DNA of 62,905 bases, filler included, from Craspedostauros australis (taxonomy: Eukaryota), in assembly GCA_030167865.1 (NCBI GenBank). It is 8 parts of 8 records of this genome, joined end to end, with 100 filler letters (N's around TTAATTAATTAA, not from the genome) between each part and the next. Parts side by side here need not be neighbours in the genome. Positions count along the whole stretch, not along the records: positions 56,783 to 59,337 come from JALAGF010004503.1; positions 59,438 to 62,905 come from JALAGF010004506.1; 6 more parts are not named here. One strand, given 5' to 3'. The first letter of the stretch is position 1. Every line of letters starts with the position of its first letter. The notes under the pieces were generated by a model, which was given only the letters and a program-made list of their open reading frames with translations, searched no databases and was not told the DNA's origin. Positions 58,485 through 62,905 of this stretch are shown piece by piece. The position numbers were made by a program, and so were the translations under genes.

Positions 58485-59281
58485 TGTTGGCAAGTTCCGC
58501 TCACAGTAACCTACGATTGTGGAAGATGGTGTTGGTTGATAGTCGTTCGTTTGCTATTTCATTACTTGGCTACTCCGATCCTCTCGGTGTACGCCGTTCT
58601 CTTGCCCGATGCTCTCGGTGCTTCAATCTGTTTCGTAGATTCAGTCTCCGACTATGAGTNNNNNNGCGAGATGCTCTCTCGCTCCTCTCTGTATTCTCTC
58701 TCTTTCTCTCTCTCTCAACATCGTGTGCTCGTGCCACACGATACTCCGTGTTCGATGCGTACTCCGTATTCGACACTCCGTTCGTTCAGTACTGGTTCCT
58801 ACTCCATGAGTACTCACCATTTGAAGTTCACCTTCAGTATCCATGATCTTCATGGGTCATCGGATCTTCGCCTCCTGCTCTGACTTGGAGACAGATGTCG
58901 ACGTGGTGGCATGATGACATCCTGTCGACGTCAGTAGGCGTCCTTCTGCTCTCCAGATGTCACGTTCCATTGGTGATGCAGGAGTCTGTCAGATGATATC
59001 GTCATCTNNNNNNNNNNNNNNNNNNNNNNNNNNNNNNNNNNNNNNNNNNNNNNNNNNNNNNNNNNNNNNNNNNNNNNNNNNNNNNNNNNNNNNNATTGCA
59101 AATTTCCTCCAGAAATCTTGCTCATTTTCGTGTGTTCCATTTCCGCTGTAATTCTGACGAATCACAGCATACTATCGACACGAGTGTAGCTATACCGTCC
59201 AAGTGCGTATGAGAGAATGACGGGTGAACGATGCACATATACTCGTACATCTCGACGTATACTCACATGTACATCTCGACA
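58485..59281 (-). mobile_element. LTR family A
   Basis: Reverse complement of TGTCGAGATG..GGAACTTGCCAACA, with an internal N gap. Confidence 0.88.
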
Positions 59282-59437
59282 CCCTTCCTGTGTGCATTCG
59301 GTCATTCGAATGTTCTCGATGTGTCAAGGTACGACTTNNNNNNNNNNNNNNNNNNNNNNNNNNNNNNNNNNNNNNNNNNNNTTAATTAATTAANNNNNNN
59401 NNNNNNNNNNNNNNNNNNNNNNNNNNNNNNNNNNNNN

Positions 59438-59518
59438 AAGTGCGTATGAGAGAATAGCGGGTGAACGATGCACATATACACGTACATCTTGACATATACT
59501 CACATGTACATCTCGACA
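59438..59518 (-). mobile_element. 5' end of another LTR-A copy, inserted into the protease region of a CoDi element
   Basis: TGTCGAGATGTACATGTGAG begins at 59518, directly after SLFNTHHMR. Confidence 0.8.
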
Positions 59519-61360
59519 TGCGCATGTGGTGTGTATTGAACAGCGACTGCATCTGCTGTGGATGCTTGTCAAGAGCCATGTAATATGCCTTGCTGAGGAT
59601 CACTCTGCCTTCTGGCGGCTCGTACGCTGCCACTGCGTCAACCATTGGAAACGTCTCGATTTGCGAGTCCACTGTCGCCACTTGGGGTGGAACTGCTGCT
59701 GGTGATTTTGGGCTACCACCCATCCAGAATCATGAACAATGTCGCCGTCCGCGCCTGAGTCTAGAATGATATAGCCATGGCTACTATTCGTTACTCTTGC
59801 CCGTCGAATCGTGTGCTCTGTATGCGGGTCGGCGCTTCTTGGACGCGACTCTCGTAGCGTATCCGGGGTCATATGCCCTGGCCCGCTCTCCGCGGCCTTT
59901 TGCGTCAAGTCCACACTGTCTTAGTCCTTGATGCATATGGCGACCTCTGACTGCTGGCACAAAGTGCCCATCATTGGTTGTCAGGAGCCATTGTCACATG
60001 GTCCATACTTCTTGGTTCGATTGGTCTTGTTGCCAAATCTGGTGCGCTTGTTGGATTTGCGCTGAGTGTGATGCTCCTGGGTCTTCGCGCACTCAGCAGG
60101 TTTGTTGCGCTTGAACGTCTCCTTGCTGATGAGTTCTCCTGTCTCGCGGAAGTGACGCGAGGATTCCACCACAATCATTTGTGCGGGGGCGGGAAGGCTA
60201 CAGAATATAATGTCTGGTAGTCGGTATATCGGTGGTTTCTTGCGATCCCCGGATGTAGATTCAAATGGTCGCTTGCGGTCCGTTTGCCTGTCCTTCTGGT
60301 GTGCGCGTCGATTGCGCTGTGGAGATCTGTCGATCTCCGCGTTGGAGAGGACCTTGTCGTGCTTCATGAGAGTCTCGCAGATCCAATTGAAGGACTCGTC
60401 TGTCTCTTGAAGGCAAGAGACCGTACTGGTGAATCGCTCATCGCGAATGTTGCGAAAGAATCTTGCAATCTTCTGCTTGTCGCTCATTGCCTTTCCGTTG
60501 TTTTCCATTGCCTGAACAGACATGGAGAAGTCATTGACGAACGCGCTGAACGGTCCAGATCCGTTGTAGACGAGTTTGGACAGTTTTTCCTCCTCTGTTG
60601 CCACAATGTCGGCCCTGTTCTCAGTGGATTTGTATGTGCAGATGAGAGCCTGGAAGGCTGCATGACTGCTGTCTCTTTCCGCGAGGACCATGTAGTTAGC
60701 GTGTCCTTTGCATGTTTTCGAGTTGAGCACTGTGTAGAACTGGGTGTCAACGTCCTTGTGGTAGTGGGCCCGGCGTGTCTCTTGCATGTAGTCTGCGTAT
60801 CTGGTCGTGACCAGCTGGCGGATGAAGTTGATCTTCCACTGGTACCATTCGATGTTGAGTCCGCTGAATGGCTCCACCTCTAGCAGGGTAACTTGTCATA
60901 CTTCCATCCAGTTGGCGTTGATGGCGATCGGTGTACTTCCAGTGGGCGCCTTGGTGAGTGTACCACAACCTCGCGGCTTGTTGCCTCAGCAAGTTCACGA
61001 TTGGCGGCTTCCTTCATCGCGAGTTTCAATCGCATTTGGGTTGCCTTGCTGGTGACAGGAGTCTCGATGGTTGGTACCTCATACCCGGTCGTTGTAGTGA
61101 ACTTGTTGATGGCTGCCCAATCGGTTGCTTGGTCGATTTGCCGTTCTTTTGCGAAAGCGAAGATGCAAAGGATGTTCTCAATGTTGATCGAGGTGAGTGT
61201 TGGTGAGAGAGCCAGCGCTTGGATGTATTTTATCTGGACTCTTGATGGCGCGTTCGATCCTTCTGAGTTGCTTGTTGATGAACTCCATTTCTTTGTCATC
61301 GAGGTCAGCAAGTTCCTTAGTTACGGCTGTCAAAGCTTGGTTGTTGATCGGTCTCGCCAT
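59519..61360 (-). pseudogene. Decayed CoDi-type gag and protease
   Basis: EPFSGLNIEWYQWK, LSKLVYNGSGPFSAFVNDF, MSDKQKIARFFRNIRD; protease IILDSGAD near 59760; frameshifts and stops. Confidence 0.8.
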
Positions 61361-62905
61361 GGTGGTTGATGTTGTAAAGGCGATTAGCTTGTTGGTAAAC
61401 CACGACTCTTAATCTGTCAAAGTGCACAAGTAACTACTGGAGACATTTCGGCCCATTGTTGCATGCCCTGGTCAGAGCTCTTGTTCTTTTATTGTGAGTT
61501 GTCCGAGGACAATCTCCAACCAGTACTTTGACTCATATGATTTGTAAAGAGGTAAAAAGTACAGAGAAAGCTGTCACCTGCCATCATCACCATTGTTTTT
61601 CTTGCCAATACTACCTTCATTGCCATCACCATCGCCTCCCATGGCAGAATCATTCGGGTTGCTTTCCCCATCACCATCTTTGTTGCCATCACCACCATTG
61701 TCCTTGACAACAGCATCGCTGTGGCTAGCACCACCACCTTCGTTGCCGTGGTGGCGACCATAGCCACTGACAACGCTATCCTGGGCGTCATCACAGCTGT
61801 CTATGTCAACGCTGCCCCAATCAACACCACCGTCGCTGTCAGCATCATCGTGGCCATCGAATGCATGACGGATAACGCCATGTCCGTCATGAAATAGGAG
61901 CAGAACCTTTGTGTGCTGTCTGTGGTAGCCGTCGTCAAAAACGGAATGGTTGATGTAGATCTTCATGAACAAGTTGAAAAACGCAGATGATAGTTGAATT
62001 GGATAGATCGCCCTGATTATTTTTTGTCGATGGCATGGATGATACCAATGGAGGGTTGTTGACAAACAGGATGGCGACGAGGAGCACTGCCTTATGCCAG
62101 CAGACGATTGAGGGATAATTGTAGATTATGATTACCTTCCTTCCTTCTTGCCTCCACCTGCTCTACTTCGCGTTACTCCACAAGTAGCGCACTCTGCCAN
62201 GNCGCCTCTGCTTACTCCGTGCCTGTTCCAAGAACCACGCCTGAATTCCAAACCTGCGCCACCTGGTCGCTCATTTACTTGCTTCCATGTTTTGGCATCA
62301 AGTTTGGTGGTGGCATGTTTCCATATGTTGGCCCCGCAGTTACGACTGAGTCGAGTCTCGCATGGTTGGACTCGACTGACTGGTCTCAGTCACGGACGTT
62401 ACTGGACTCGATCCAGTGCTGGTAACAGTAGATACATGACTGGACTCAATTGAGAGACTAGGATATTCTAGCTAGTTATCAGTCTAGGTCAAGCACGTAG
62501 CCTGTGACGAACAAGGCAATTCGCATGCACAAGAAGCTGCAGGAGAATCAAGACAACCAACTGCGGAAACCAGAGAATAGCGCAATGAAATGCCCATCAT
62601 GAATAGATCAAGATAGTGACGTTGCGATGGGAAGAAATGCTGGTGAGGTGCGTATCGCCAAAATATAACCGTAATTAACCGAAAAGACACCATCGAAAAT
62701 AGTAAGTCACGAACAACCAAGACCCATTTCCGAAATTTGAGGAGGAAAAATAACACGGCGTTGTGCGTGGTAGATAAGGGCGCATAACTTTGGAAGCAAA
62801 GGTCGGATGAAGACCATTTTTATATCCATAATGATTTTGGCCTGGTACTGGCCTACGTAGCTTGCGTCCGGACGCAAATTGGACGCTCAGTTTGCGTCCC
62901 CACGC

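Noticed and set aside
58480..59523. TSD linking the LTR-A ends at 58485, 59281 and 59518
   Set aside because: Flanks AAATG, CCCTT and TGCGC do not match, and a contig linker lies between the last two
61560..62100. Gly/Asp- or Met/Val/Ala-rich ORFs
   Set aside because: Products of decayed (CAT/CAC/GCC)n low-complexity repeat, not credible proteins

Overview
Eukaryotic, intron-containing DNA, most likely from a diatom or related photosynthetic stramenopile. The basis is a bipartite signal peptide plus 'VSA|F' plastid-targeting motif, short GT-AG introns and CoDi-type Ty1/copia elements. The window is not one molecule: seven N..TTAATTAATTAA..N six-frame-stop linkers join separate contigs, so adjacency across them is unproven. 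About half the window is nested, decaying Ty1/copia retrotransposons with four different LTR families, plus a non-LTR remnant. The rest is host genes: a 5'-truncated FAAL-ACP-Pls-type membrane NRPS-like synthetase, a secreted Cys-repeat/PT-mucin protein, a plastid protein with four QEWWWA-GY-GGL repeats, a coiled-coil protein, a TPMT-family methyltransferase, two paralogous membrane proteins, a permuted NlpC/P60-like protein, a BioD/Pta-N-like P-loop protein, a stand-alone STAND ATPase-TPR protein and a GT-A glycosyltransferase fragment. Three signals stand out. (i) Two copia families appear to have LTRs that do not end in TG..CA: AGTT..AACT (supported by two copies, a PPT and a 5-bp TSD that restores a split RNase H) and TAATAGAGC..GCTCTATTA. 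(ii) One CoDi pol reads about 870 aa past RNase H, through a putative SH3/KOW/Tudor-like module. (iii) The FAAL-loaded Pls-like synthetase has no known product. All domain calls come from reading motifs by eye; no searches were run. No rRNA, tRNA or CRISPR was seen.
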